This document shows positions 1 to 9,060 of a stretch of 59,353 nt of DNA, in pieces. The DNA lies in NCBI GenBank assembly GCA_005777155.1, contig SXNM01000318.1, positions 1 to 59,353 of the forward strand. Reading direction: 5' to 3'. Position 1 is the first letter of the stretch, and each line of letters starts with the position of its first letter. The notes under the pieces were generated by a model. The model saw only the letters and a list, made by a program, of their open reading frames with translations. It was not told where the DNA came from and ran no database searches. Source of the DNA: Pseudomonadota bacterium (lineage in GTDB: Bacteria; Myxococcota_A; UBA9042). A program made the position numbers and the translations under genes.

Positions 1-285
1 CAGGTCCTCTCGCTTGAGCAGGACCTTACAGCCGAGCTCCGCCGACAGGCGCCGCGCCGGCCACAGCGGCGTCGGTCGACCTGCCCAATGCGTGAGCAGC
101 TCGCCAAGCTCCGCGCGATACGCGGGATCGGCCAGCGCCTCCAGCGCCGCGGCCTCCAACGCCTCCAACGCTGGGATCAGCAGCTCGCTGACGTAGAAGC
201 CCCCAAAGTCGCCAAATCGCCCACGGTGCTGCACGCTTCCATCTCCAGTCGGACGCTCAGGCCTGGCCGTCCGGGTCATCGTCAT
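1..285 (-). CDS. trpB: Tryptophan synthase beta subunit, N-terminal 95 codons (gene continues beyond left edge)
   Basis: Not in the ORF track because it is open at the window edge. Manual minus-strand translation from ATG 285 gives MTMTRTARPERPTGDGSVQHRGRFGDFGGFYVSELLIPALEALE...THWAGRPTPLWPARRLSAELGCKVLLKREDL. This matches conserved TrpB N-terminal motifs (GxFGxFGGxYV, GRPTPL, LKREDL). The start overlaps the trpF 3' end. Confidence 0.85.
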   Translation of the reverse strand, partial: MTMTRTARPERPTGDGSVQHRGRFGDFGGFYVSELLIPALEALEAAALEALADPAYRAELGELLTHWAGRPTPLWPARRLSAELGCKVLLKREDL

Positions 286-943
286 GCGTCGGCCGCCGCG
301 GCGACGCCTCGCCTCGGGCCGCCCGGGCGAAAGCGATCGCGCGCTCCGGCGCGAACCTGCCTAGGCGCTCGACGCCAGACGCGGCGTCCACACCCGAAAC
401 GCCCAGCGCCGCCGCCGCAACGTTGCCAGCGTGCAGACCACCTGCGAGCCAGACCGGGACGCCGTGAAGCCGTCCAGACTCCAGTTTCAAGGCCGGCAAC
501 ACCCAGCGCTGGCCCGAGCCCGGGCGGCTGCCGTCCAACAACAGCCGCTTCACGCCCGCCTCCACCAACTGAAGCACATAGCCGTCGTCGGAGAGTTGGC
601 TCGGTTCCAAGGCCTTGATCACCTGAAAACGCCGCGCCAACGCCCGCACCTCAGCCAACTCTTCACGCCCGTGGAGCTGCAACCACTGGATCGACAGCGC
701 CTCAGCGACGCGCGCCACATGCGCCGCAGCCATGTCGCGCACCACCAGCACCGGCACAATGACGAGGCAGGCCGCAACGATTCGCCCTGCGGTGTCGAGG
801 TCGATTCGGCGCGGACTGCCGTCGACCAGATTGAGCCCAAGAAAGTCCACCGCCCCCAAGTCGTCGCGCGGCACCGCCTCGAGCGCGACCGCATCCAGCG
901 GTCCGCGGGCCCCGCACGCCTTGACCTCGAGCCGCGTGGTCAT
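257..943 (-). CDS. trpF: Phosphoribosylanthranilate isomerase
   Basis: 228-aa ORF with an N-terminal KACG motif and WLAGGLHAGNV...GVSGVDAASGVE, as in PRAI. Its start overlaps the trpC stop by 4 nt (ATGA). It sits between trpC and trpB. Confidence 0.9.
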   Translation of the reverse strand: MTTRLEVKACGARGPLDAVALEAVPRDDLGAVDFLGLNLVDGSPRRIDLDTAGRIVAACLVIVPVLVVRDMAAAHVARVAEALSIQWLQLHGREELAEVRALARRFQVIKALEPSQLSDDGYVLQLVEAGVKRLLLDGSRPGSGQRWVLPALKLESGRLHGVPVWLAGGLHAGNVAAAALGVSGVDAASGVERLGRFAPERAIAFARAARGEASPRRPTHDDDPDGQA

Positions 944-1797
944 GGCGCCACCGCTCCCGCGAAGCCGAGTGTCCGGGCCGCATTCGCCGGGTCGACGGCC
1001 GTGACCAAATGAGAACCAACCAGCACAGCATCGGCCACGCCGCGGAGCTCATCGAGGACACCCCGGGTCGCGATCCCGCTCTCCGCGACACGCAACGGCG
1101 CCTGTGGTCCCGCCGGCAACGTCGCCAGCAGCGCCCGGGCCCGGCTCTCGTCGATGGCGAGCGTCCTCAGGTCACGGGCGTTGACCCCAATTGACATGTT
1201 AACACAGGAGTCTTGTGTATGAGTTACAAGATCTTGAATGCACAATATCTCGTCGGCGTCATGCGCCTCGAAGAGCAAGTCAAGGCCGAGCAGTCTCGCC
1301 TCCTCCGCCAGCGCACGCAGTCCATCGGACGCCAGCACCGAGGCCATCAGGAGGACCGCGTCCGCACCCGACGCCTTGGCCAGCGTCAGCTGCCGCGGCG
1401 ACACGAAGAAGCCTTTGGCCAGCAGCGGCCGATTTGTGAGCGATCTAACCTGCGTCAACAGGTCAAATCCGCCGTCAAAATGAGGAGTATCAATCAGGAC
1501 ACTCAGCGCAGCGGCCAGGCCGGAGACCGCATGGACATAGGCCGGTACCGCGGCCCGTGGCAGCAGGCGGCCCCGCGATGGCGATGCGGGCTTGACCTCG
1601 GCGATGAGGCAGAGACCCAATTCCTCGCGCTGGGCTCCGGCGCGCAACGCAGCGCAGAACGCGCCAGGACCGAGCGTCGATGGTGTGGCGTCGGCCGGGA
1701 GTCGCAGGCCCGGCAGCTCGGCGACGGTCCGCGCCACGATGCGGTCGAGCACGCCTGTTGAGCGCCGCAGGGCCACCGGCGACACGGCGTCGATCAT
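940..1797 (-). CDS. trpC: Indole-3-glycerol-phosphate synthase
   Basis: ORF 940..2046 trimmed to the internal ATG at 1797 (MIDAVSP...), which overlaps the trpD stop (ATGA). Motifs LIAEVKPASPSRG, FEAHD and IGVNARDL are typical of IGPS. The Arg-rich extension upstream of 1797 lies inside trpD. Confidence 0.9.
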   Translation of the reverse strand: MIDAVSPVALRRSTGVLDRIVARTVAELPGLRLPADATPSTLGPGAFCAALRAGAQREELGLCLIAEVKPASPSRGRLLPRAAVPAYVHAVSGLAAALSVLIDTPHFDGGFDLLTQVRSLTNRPLLAKGFFVSPRQLTLAKASGADAVLLMASVLASDGLRALAEEARLLGLDLLFEAHDADEILCIQDLVTHTQDSCVNMSIGVNARDLRTLAIDESRARALLATLPAGPQAPLRVAESGIATRGVLDELRGVADAVLVGSHLVTAVDPANAARTLGFAGAVAP

Positions 1798-2867
1798 GGC
1801 GTCACCTGCTGGGTCGCGTCGCGGTAGGCGCAGAATCGTCGCCAGCCGGCGCCGTCGGCGAGCAGCGCGCGCGCTTGGGCGACGCCGTCGCCGAGATGGT
1901 CGGCGCGCCGGGCCAACCAGAGCGCGGCGCCGGCGTTCAGGGCCACGAGGTCGGCGTGCGGACCGCGCCTTTGGCCCGCCAACACGGCCTCGAAGGTCGT
2001 GGCGTTGGCCGCCGCATCTCCGCCGCGCAGCGCCTCGGCGGGGCATTGCGCGAGCCCGAAGTCCTGCGGCTGCCAGCGCGTCGTGCCGACCACCCGCCCC
2101 GCCTCGACCGCGATCGCTGTCGACGGTCCGGTGAGGGTCAACTCGTCGAGGCCGTCGTCGCCTCGCACCACCAGCGCCCGCTGGACACAGAGGCCTGCGA
2201 GCGCCGATGCCATCGCCGGCGCGGCCGCCGCGTCGCCGACGCCGAGCAGCTGCAGGCCTGCGCCAGCGGGGTTGGCCAAGGGCCCGAGGAGGTTGAAGAT
2301 CGTGCGGAAGCCCAGCTCACGGCGTACCGGCATTACGGCGCCGACCGCTGGATGGTGAATGGGCGCAAACATCACCGACACGCCATGGCTGGCCAGCAAC
2401 GCCGCGCCCTGGCTCGGCGTCAGGTCGACGCGCACGCCGAGCGCCTCGAGGACATCGACGCTGCCACAGTGTCCGGAGCTCTTGCGGTTGCCGTGCTTGG
2501 TGACCGGAACGCCGGCCGCTGCCACCAGAAAGGCGACCATTGTCGATGTGTTGATCGTCCGCAGGCCGCTGCCGCCGGTGCCGCAGGTGTCGAGGCAAGT
2601 CGCCGCCAGGTCGGGGGAGATCGGCAGACGCTTGGTATGCTCGCGCAGCACCTCGGCGCCGCCGATGAGAGCCTCAGCGCTCGGTGGCCGTAACGCTAGC
2701 GCCGTCAGGGCCGCCGCGATCCGCACCGGGCCGAGCTCACCAGCGATCAGCGCCGCCATCCAAGCTCGCGCCACTACGCGATTCGGCGCCTCTTCGCGCA
2801 TCAGCGCGCCTATGAGGGCGTCGTGGGCGTCGAGGCCGGCGACCGTCGCAGCGCAGGCGCCGCTCAT
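1794..2867 (-). CDS. trpD: Anthranilate phosphoribosyltransferase
   Basis: 357 aa. DTCGTGGSG...VTKHGNRKSSGHCGSVDVLEALG is the TrpD signature. Overlaps the trpG stop by 4 nt. Confidence 0.95.
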   Translation of the reverse strand: MSGACAATVAGLDAHDALIGALMREEAPNRVVARAWMAALIAGELGPVRIAAALTALALRPPSAEALIGGAEVLREHTKRLPISPDLAATCLDTCGTGGSGLRTINTSTMVAFLVAAAGVPVTKHGNRKSSGHCGSVDVLEALGVRVDLTPSQGAALLASHGVSVMFAPIHHPAVGAVMPVRRELGFRTIFNLLGPLANPAGAGLQLLGVGDAAAAPAMASALAGLCVQRALVVRGDDGLDELTLTGPSTAIAVEAGRVVGTTRWQPQDFGLAQCPAEALRGGDAAANATTFEAVLAGQRRGPHADLVALNAGAALWLARRADHLGDGVAQARALLADGAGWRRFCAYRDATQQVTP

Positions 2868-3472
2868 GTCGCCGCCGCCGCGCGGCGACCCGGAGGCGAC
2901 AGCGCCAAGAAGGCAGCCACCACTGCGTCGCCGTCGGGTGTGCCGACGCTCTCCGGGTGAAACTGGACGCCGTGGACCTCAGTACCGATTCGCTGCACCG
3001 CCATCACCACCCCATCGGCCAGCCACGCGCTCACCCGCAGCGTCGACGGCAGCGACTCCCGGCGCGCCACTAGGCTGTGGTAACGCATGGCCTCGAAAGG
3101 GCTCGTCATGCCAGCAAACAGGCCGCCACCTTCGTGGTAGACGGCGCTGGTCTTGCCATGCACAGGCGCCGCAGCGCGGACCACCTCGCCGCCGAGCCCG
3201 GTCACGATGCCCTGGTGGCCAAGGCACACTCCCAAGATCGGCAGCGCCTCGCTCAACTCGGCCAGGATGGCGGCACAGACCCCGAAGTCTCGCGCGATGC
3301 TCGGGTGCCCCGGCCCAGGCGACAGCACGATATGCGTCGGCGCGCGCGCTCGGACACCGTCGAGGTCGATCGCGTCATTGCGCACCACCTCGACCGCCGC
3401 GCCTAGGCGTCCGAGCTGGTGCACCAAATTCCAGGTGAAGGAGTCGTAGTTGTCGATGAGCAGAACGTTCAC
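2864..3472 (-). CDS. trpG: Anthranilate synthase component II (glutamine amidotransferase)
   Basis: 202 aa. MNVLLIDNYDSFTWNLVHQL, GVCLGHQ and FHPES show the class I GATase triad. Lies immediately downstream of trpE. Confidence 0.93.
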   Translation of the reverse strand: MNVLLIDNYDSFTWNLVHQLGRLGAAVEVVRNDAIDLDGVRARAPTHIVLSPGPGHPSIARDFGVCAAILAELSEALPILGVCLGHQGIVTGLGGEVVRAAAPVHGKTSAVYHEGGGLFAGMTSPFEAMRYHSLVARRESLPSTLRVSAWLADGVVMAVQRIGTEVHGVQFHPESVGTPDGDAVVAAFLALSPPGRRAAAAT

Positions 3473-3478
3473 ATGCCC

Positions 3479-5032
3479 TCAACCTAGCGAAGTAGAGATA
3501 GTTCTAGTCTGTTGCGCCAACGCAACGGAGATCGCTCGCAGCGCCGCCTGCGCCTTGGCCTCGCACTCGTCTGCCTCGTGAGCAGGCACCGAGTCTGCGA
3601 CGACGCCGGCGCCGCTCTGCACCACGACGCGGCCGGGCTCGACGACCAGCGTGCGAATGGCGATGGCGGTGTCGAGGTGTCCGCGGACGTCGAGGTAGCC
3701 AACTGCGCCGGCATAGGCGCCGCGGCGAACGGGCTCGAGCGCCGCGATCCACTCCAAGGCCCTCACCTTCGGCGCGCCACTGACCGTCCCGGCTGGGAAG
3801 GCGGCCCGCAAGGCGTCGAGCGCGTCGCATTCGGGCCGTAGCTTGCCGTGGACGTCGCTGACGAGGTGCATGACGTGGCTGTACCGCTCGATGTGTAAGG
3901 GATCTTCGACAACGACGCTGCCAGGTATGGTCACGCGGCTGACGTCGTTGCGGCCAAGGTCGAGCAGCATCCTGTGCTCTGCGAGCTCCTTCGGATCGCG
4001 CTGCAGCTCGGCGGCGAGGGCTGCGTCCTCCACAGGGGTCTGGCCGCGCCGACGAGTGCCTGCGATGGGGCGCAAGCGCATGTGATCGTCCTCGACGCGC
4101 ACCAGCACCTCAGGTGAGGCGCCGACAAGGGCGAAGTCTCCGAAATCAAGCAAGAACATGTAGGGGGACGGGTTGATCGCCCGCAGCGCCCGGTAGAGGG
4201 ACAGCGGGGAGATCTCCGCCTCCACTTCGAAACGTCGGCTCAGCACGACCTGAAAGATCTCACCAGCCGCGATCGCCTCTTGGGCCCGCGCCACCGCGGC
4301 CTCAAACGCAGCCCGAGGCGTGCAGTCGGTCAACACCGGGGCAGCCGGCGCGGCCGCCACCGCCGCGAAAGGCCACGGCGCTAGCTGCGGTCCCGTCTGC
4401 AGGCGCTGCAAGGCCATCTCGAGACGCCGCCGAGCCGCATGGTGCGCCGCGCCGCGCCGCTCGGGGTCCGCCGTCAACTCGGCGGTCGTCATCATCATCA
4501 GCTGGCGCGTGACGTGATCGAAGGCGCAGAGGACGTCCGGCAGGAGCAAGGCGACGTCGGGGGTCGCCACCCCAGAGCGTCGGGCTGGCAGTGGGACGGG
4601 CTCAAGGGCGCGCACCAGGTCAAAGGCGAAGAGGCCGACAGCGCCCGCGCACAGCGGCGGCAGCGGACGCGGGCTCCACAGCCGCTGCCTTGGCAGCGCC
4701 CGCCGCACGGCCTCAAGCGGGCCCTCACCGCGATCTGCGGCCAGCGCACGCTCGGTCAGCGCCGTCCCGCTCCGCTCGCTGACGCGATCACCCTCGATCC
4801 GGAGGCTGCGCTCGATGTCTGCGGCAAAAAAGGAGTAGCGCCCGAGCCGCTCGCCGCCTTCGACGCTCTCGAGCAGCAGCGACGGTCCTGCGCCTGGAGC
4901 ACCGCCCCCGAGCCGCGCATACGCCGACACGGGCGTCTCGGTGTCGGCGAGCAGCGTCAGGGTCATCAGCGCCGCGCCCTCTGGGCCGGCGTAGGTGCTG
5001 AATTCCTCGAGGCTTGGCTGCAGTCCATTCAT
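3479..5032 (-). CDS. trpE: Anthranilate synthase component I
   Basis: 517 aa. LLESVEGGERLGRYSF near the N-terminus and a chorismate-binding C-terminal domain (GTVSGAPKVRALE, GAVGYLD). Confidence 0.95.
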   Translation of the reverse strand: MNGLQPSLEEFSTYAGPEGAALMTLTLLADTETPVSAYARLGGGAPGAGPSLLLESVEGGERLGRYSFFAADIERSLRIEGDRVSERSGTALTERALAADRGEGPLEAVRRALPRQRLWSPRPLPPLCAGAVGLFAFDLVRALEPVPLPARRSGVATPDVALLLPDVLCAFDHVTRQLMMMTTAELTADPERRGAAHHAARRRLEMALQRLQTGPQLAPWPFAAVAAAPAAPVLTDCTPRAAFEAAVARAQEAIAAGEIFQVVLSRRFEVEAEISPLSLYRALRAINPSPYMFLLDFGDFALVGASPEVLVRVEDDHMRLRPIAGTRRRGQTPVEDAALAAELQRDPKELAEHRMLLDLGRNDVSRVTIPGSVVVEDPLHIERYSHVMHLVSDVHGKLRPECDALDALRAAFPAGTVSGAPKVRALEWIAALEPVRRGAYAGAVGYLDVRGHLDTAIAIRTLVVEPGRVVVQSGAGVVADSVPAHEADECEAKAQAALRAISVALAQQTRTISTSLG

Positions 5033-5373
5033 CGCTCGCCGCCTGCAATTCGGCCGACGCCCGTTTCGGCATCGGTCGATTCTTGGGGCCGCGCTCGCAG
5101 CAGCACACCGATGCCGTCGCCGCCGCGCTGCAGCAGCAGTGCGCCACGGCTGACCGTCGCGATGGAGCAGCCTACCTCGTCCCGCACCGCGCGCTGGCTA
5201 GCGCCGTCCACCAGCCGGACGACGATCTGCCATCGCTCCGCCACCGCGCTCCGCTCTGCTGGCGAGAGCAGGTCCTCGAGCGCGGCGGCGACCTGCTCCG
5301 GGGTCTGCAGTGAGGCCAAGGCGTGGAGCAGCTCCTGCGGCAGCGGGCGCGAGCGGTTCGACATCGCCGTCAC
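5029..5373 (-). CDS. Trp-repressor family (TrpR / YerC-YecD-like) DNA-binding protein, first cistron of the trp operon
   Basis: LSPAERSAVAERWQIVVRLVDGASQRAVRDEVGCSIATVSRG aligns by eye with E. coli TrpR [43 protein letters not shown]. The stop overlaps the trpE ATG (5029-5032). The track start at 5373 is GTG. The ATG at 5364 has GAGG 8 nt upstream and may be the true start. Confidence 0.8.
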   Translation of the reverse strand: MTAMSNRSRPLPQELLHALASLQTPEQVAAALEDLLSPAERSAVAERWQIVVRLVDGASQRAVRDEVGCSIATVSRGALLLQRGGDGIGVLLRARPQESTDAETGVGRIAGGER

Positions 5374-5409
5374 CTCGGCCGCGCAGTGGAGTGGCGGCGG
5401 GAGCTCAAG

Positions 5410-5437
5410 ATTGTACTAGTACAATGGTACGGGTCAA
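5410..5437 (-). promoter_or_regulatory. Sigma70-like promoter with overlapping TrpR-type palindromic operator
   Basis: Minus strand reads TTGACC (5437-5432), 16 nt, then TACAAT (5415-5410). The perfect 14-bp palindrome TTGTACTAGTACAA (5411-5424) covers the spacer and the -10. It lies about 40 nt upstream of the trpR-like start. Confidence 0.55.
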
Positions 5438-5460
5438 GCGCCGGGCTCGTGCCGTCCGGC

Positions 5461-5488
5461 TTGCAGAGACGTCGGGCCGGCGTACAGT
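5461..5488 (+). promoter_or_regulatory. Possible sigma70-like promoter for the MATE gene
   Basis: TTGCAG (5461-5466), 16 nt, TACAGT (5483-5488), about 85 nt upstream of ATG 5572. Motif match only. Confidence 0.3.
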
Positions 5489-5571
5489 GTCGCCCCTCCC
5501 TCAAGGCGACCTTGACCGCGCCCGGCACAGCGGCAGGCTCAACGCGTCGCTACGGAACAAGGAGCCCGCCG

Positions 5572-6924
5572 ATGCCAAGCCTGCGCCGGGAGCTGCTCGG
5601 GCTCGCTTGGCCTATCGTCATCTCGCGGTCAACGCAGACCGTGGTGGGGCTCTGCGACGCCGTGATGGTGGCGCATCTCGGCGCCGCGGCGCTGGCCGCC
5701 ACCACCACCGGCGCGATGAACACCTTCACGGCGCTCATCTTGCCGATGGGCGTCTGCTTCATCGTCTCGACCTTCGCCTCTCAGCTGCACGGGGCGGGCG
5801 ACGGCGTGGGCGCACGCCGCTATGGCTGGTATGGCCTCGGCCTCGCCGCCATCACCCAGGTGGTTTGCCTCTGCGCCATTCCCGTCGTCGACGTCGCGCT
5901 GCGGTCCCTCGGTTACGCCTCCGACGTTCATGGCCCGATGGCGGCTTACATCGAGGTGCGGCTGCTCAGCGGCGGCGCCGCCATCGGGCTGGAGGCGCTC
6001 GGCAACTACTACGGCGGCCTTGGCAACACCCGCCTGCCGATGCTCGCCAACTTGCTGGCGATGGCGATGAACGTTGTCGGCAACTACCTGCTCATCGATG
6101 GCCACTTCGGGATGCCAGCGCTCGGCGTCCGCGGGGCGGCCTGGGCGTCGGTGTTCGCGACCTGCGTCGCGTTCATCCTGCTGCTTGGCGTGTTCCTGCG
6201 CGAGGGAGCCCAAAGCTTGCGTCCCGCCGGGCTCACCATAGCCGAGTTTCGCCGCATGTTGCGCTTTGGCATCCCCTCGGGGTTCAACTGGTTCTTTGAG
6301 TTCCTCGCCTTCATGTTCTTCGTCAATGTCGTGGTCGGCGGCCTTGGGACCTCGGCGCTGGCGGCGCTGATGGCGGTGATTCAGATCAACTCCTTCTCGT
6401 TCATGCCGGCCTTCGGCATCGCCAGCGCCGGCGCCATCCTCGTCGGTCAGCGCATCGGCGGCGGCGACAAGGATGGCGTCACCGCGCTGGTGAGCGTGAC
6501 CTTCACGACCGCCGCGGCATGGCAGGTGTCGGTAGGCGTCTGCTATTTCCTCTTCCCCGAGACGCTGTTTTCGCCATTCGCCGCTGGGGAGGCGGTCGAG
6601 GCCGCCGCGCTGCTCGCCGTCGGCGCTCGGCTGCTGATGCTCTCCTCGCTGTGGCAGCTCTTCGACTCAGCCCTCGCTGTCCTCGCCGAGTCTCTGCGCG
6701 CGACCGGCGACACTGCCTTTATCCTGTGGGCGCGGCTCGGCGTCTCTTGGTGCTTTTTTGTGCCGGGCAGCTGGCTCACGATCCGCGAGCTCGGCTGGGA
6801 CATCGACGCCGCCGTGGGTTGGATCGTCGCCTACCTGGGCCTACTGGCGGCGATCCTCTGGTTCCGCTTCCGCAGCGGCGCTTGGCGCAAGATCGCCCTC
6901 GTCGACGGCCCGCCTATTGGCTGA
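5572..6924 (+). CDS. MATE family efflux transporter
   Basis: ORF 5323..6924 trimmed to ATG 5572 (GGAG 8 nt upstream). 450 aa and highly hydrophobic. The N-terminus LLGLAWPIVISRSTQTVVGLCDAVMVAHLG is typical of MATE/NorM proteins. Confidence 0.88.
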   Translation: MPSLRRELLGLAWPIVISRSTQTVVGLCDAVMVAHLGAAALAATTTGAMNTFTALILPMGVCFIVSTFASQLHGAGDGVGARRYGWYGLGLAAITQVVCLCAIPVVDVALRSLGYASDVHGPMAAYIEVRLLSGGAAIGLEALGNYYGGLGNTRLPMLANLLAMAMNVVGNYLLIDGHFGMPALGVRGAAWASVFATCVAFILLLGVFLREGAQSLRPAGLTIAEFRRMLRFGIPSGFNWFFEFLAFMFFVNVVVGGLGTSALAALMAVIQINSFSFMPAFGIASAGAILVGQRIGGGDKDGVTALVSVTFTTAAAWQVSVGVCYFLFPETLFSPFAAGEAVEAAALLAVGARLLMLSSLWQLFDSALAVLAESLRATGDTAFILWARLGVSWCFFVPGSWLTIRELGWDIDAAVGWIVAYLGLLAAILWFRFRSGAWRKIALVDGPPIG

Positions 6925-6959
6925 GCGACCGCGTCCGCGACCCCGCCTCGTCGCCTCCC

Positions 6960-7754
6960 TTAGCCGAGGTCGAGCTTCTCAGGCTCCGCGAAAAGCTCGC
7001 GCACCGTCTTGGCGAGGACGCCGCCCTGGAAGCCGTCGATGAAGCGGTGATCGATCGTCGCGGTCACCGTCAGCTCCGAGCGCACCACGATCTCGCCGTC
7101 CTCGACCGCTGGGCGATCGCGAATCGCCCCCACCAAAACCAGCAGCGGCACCCGAGCGAACGGCGTATGCGGCGCGAAGCCTTCATCGAGGCCGAACATG
7201 CCGACGCTCGTAATAACGCAAGAGCCAAAGGGAAACCGCTCAACCCCGAGCGCCGGAATTGCAACCCCGAGCGCGCCACCGAGCCAGCCCACGACGGATA
7301 ACAAGAGACGCAGCAGGAAGGTCGGCAGCAACCGAATCACGCCCTTGGATTTCTCGAAGTCGGCGTCCTCCTTGCGGTGCAGCTTGCCGGCTCGACCCCG
7401 CAGCTCAGCGGCGATCGTGGCACAGCTCTTCTTATCGGCGTCGGCGATTTTGGCCTTGCCGAGGTCGCCCCCCTCCTCCAGCGCGACCAAAAAGCTCACA
7501 TCGACGCTCGGATACGGGTGAAAGGCCCCGAACAAGATGCGCCCGTTGAGGCCGGGAGCCCGCGCCAGCGCCACCGCTACCGCCTTGCCGACGACATGGG
7601 TCACCGTGACCTTCTCGCCCGTCGCGGCGCGCACGCGCTCGATGTAGGCCAAGACCGGCCCGGCATCGAGCGTCAATTTGCCGTAGATCAACCCCTCGCG
7701 CGGGGCCGCCCACGTGGCGATCGCCAGCTTGCGTCTTGTGGTCATCTGCGACAT
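6960..7754 (-). CDS. 2-oxoacid dehydrogenase acyltransferase catalytic-domain protein (stand-alone, no lipoyl domain)
   Basis: C-terminal TVTATIDHRFIDGFQGG carries the DHRxxDG catalytic motif. ORF 6960..7931 trimmed to ATG 7754 (MSQMTTRRKLAIATW). The start is uncertain. Confidence 0.72.
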   Translation of the reverse strand: MSQMTTRRKLAIATWAAPREGLIYGKLTLDAGPVLAYIERVRAATGEKVTVTHVVGKAVAVALARAPGLNGRILFGAFHPYPSVDVSFLVALEEGGDLGKAKIADADKKSCATIAAELRGRAGKLHRKEDADFEKSKGVIRLLPTFLLRLLLSVVGWLGGALGVAIPALGVERFPFGSCVITSVGMFGLDEGFAPHTPFARVPLLVLVGAIRDRPAVEDGEIVVRSELTVTATIDHRFIDGFQGGVLAKTVRELFAEPEKLDLG

Positions 7755-7977
7755 CGCTGGTCTCCTGGTCGCCGCGATCGCCGTTGCGGCGCCCTCGGTC
7801 GTAGCAACGCGCCCGTGGTTCAAGGCGCCCCCTGCGGTCACCTCGTGCGCCGCCATCGTGAACCCGTAGTCTGCCATGGCGCGCTGCTTCGCGTCATCTG
7901 CCCTTTCATCGCCGGCCTCGCTGTGGCACACAACTCCCCGCTGTGCCGTCGCGAGGCCTCAGCGCAGGAGGCGAGTG

Positions 7978-9060
7978 ATGTCCACCCACCATGCCCTCCA
8001 ACCCGGCGAGCTTGTCGCAGTGACCGGCGCCTCGGGCTTTGTCGGTGCTCATGTCGTCCGCAGCCTGCTCGGCCACGGCTTGCGGGTGCGCGCTGTCGTC
8101 CGCGATCCGAACGATCCCAGCAAGACCGCGCCGGTGCGGGCGGCCGTCGCGGACCTGCCCCCGGCCCAGCAGGCGCTGCTGGAGTTCGGCGCCGGCGATC
8201 TGCTGGTTCCGGGCAGCTACGACGCCGCGCTGCGCGACTGCCAGGGCGTCGCTCATGTCGCCGCCGTTGCGCGTCTCGCCGCCAAAGACCCGCAGCGGGA
8301 GATCGTCGACCCGTCGGTGCAAGGCGTTGAGACCGTCTACGCCGCCGCCGAGCGCAGCGGCAGCGTCCGGCGCATCGTCCACACCTCATCCATCGTCGCC
8401 GGGGTGCGCTACGACGACGCCCGCAAGGGCCACCGCTTCGACGAGCGCGACTGGAACACCGAGAGCACCCTGCAGACCGATCCCTACGGCCTCGCCAAGA
8501 CCTTGGCTGAGCGCCGCGCCTGGCAGCTGGCCGAGGCGCAGGTGGCCAAAGGCGGCTACGACGTCGTCGTCATCAACCCCGGCTATGTGCTCGGCACGTT
8601 GTACGCCAGAGCCCACATTCGCAGCAGCCCCGCCACTGTCGCCGGCCTCATGACCGGCGCGTTCCCCGCAATCCCGCGCCTGTCCTTCGCCTACGTCGAC
8701 GCCCTCGACGTCGCAGAGGCCCACAGCCAAGCCCTGCTGCGAGAGCAGGCCAGCGGCCGCTACCTGTTGACCGGACCGGAGGCCACGCTGCGGCAGACTG
8801 TCGACCGCTTGAAGGCCCTGTACCCACAGGCCAAGTGGCCATCGCTGCCGATCCCAGACGCCCTCGTCTTGCTGGCGTCGCGCTTCGACAAGCGCATGTC
8901 GGTGTCGACGATGCGTAAGCTCATCGCAAACGAGCTCCACTTTGACCATGGCAGGGCGACTCGCGACCTGGGAATCGCTTGGCAGCCACTGGACGAGTCG
9001 CTGCGGCGAACGGTCGACTCGCTCGACGCTGGCGGCTGGGCCCGCTTGCGCCGCCGCTGA
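7978..9060 (+). CDS. NAD(P)-dependent epimerase/dehydratase-type SDR (cinnamoyl-CoA/dihydroflavonol reductase-like)
   Basis: ATG 7978 is preceded by AGGAG. VAVTGASGFVGAHVV is the Rossmann motif. 360 aa. A decayed partial copy lies at 14.9-15.7 kb. Confidence 0.88.
   Translation: MSTHHALQPGELVAVTGASGFVGAHVVRSLLGHGLRVRAVVRDPNDPSKTAPVRAAVADLPPAQQALLEFGAGDLLVPGSYDAALRDCQGVAHVAAVARLAAKDPQREIVDPSVQGVETVYAAAERSGSVRRIVHTSSIVAGVRYDDARKGHRFDERDWNTESTLQTDPYGLAKTLAERRAWQLAEAQVAKGGYDVVVINPGYVLGTLYARAHIRSSPATVAGLMTGAFPAIPRLSFAYVDALDVAEAHSQALLREQASGRYLLTGPEATLRQTVDRLKALYPQAKWPSLPIPDALVLLASRFDKRMSVSTMRKLIANELHFDHGRATRDLGIAWQPLDESLRRTVDSLDAGGWARLRRR

Noticed and set aside
1213-1761. 182-aa ORF antisense to trpC with AGGAG-N9-ATG and a TTGACA upstream
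   Set aside because: The product is Arg/Gln-rich with no motif, and it lies entirely antisense to a well-supported trpC. The signals are part of the AT-rich patch reported as a finding. A real antisense protein is unlikely.
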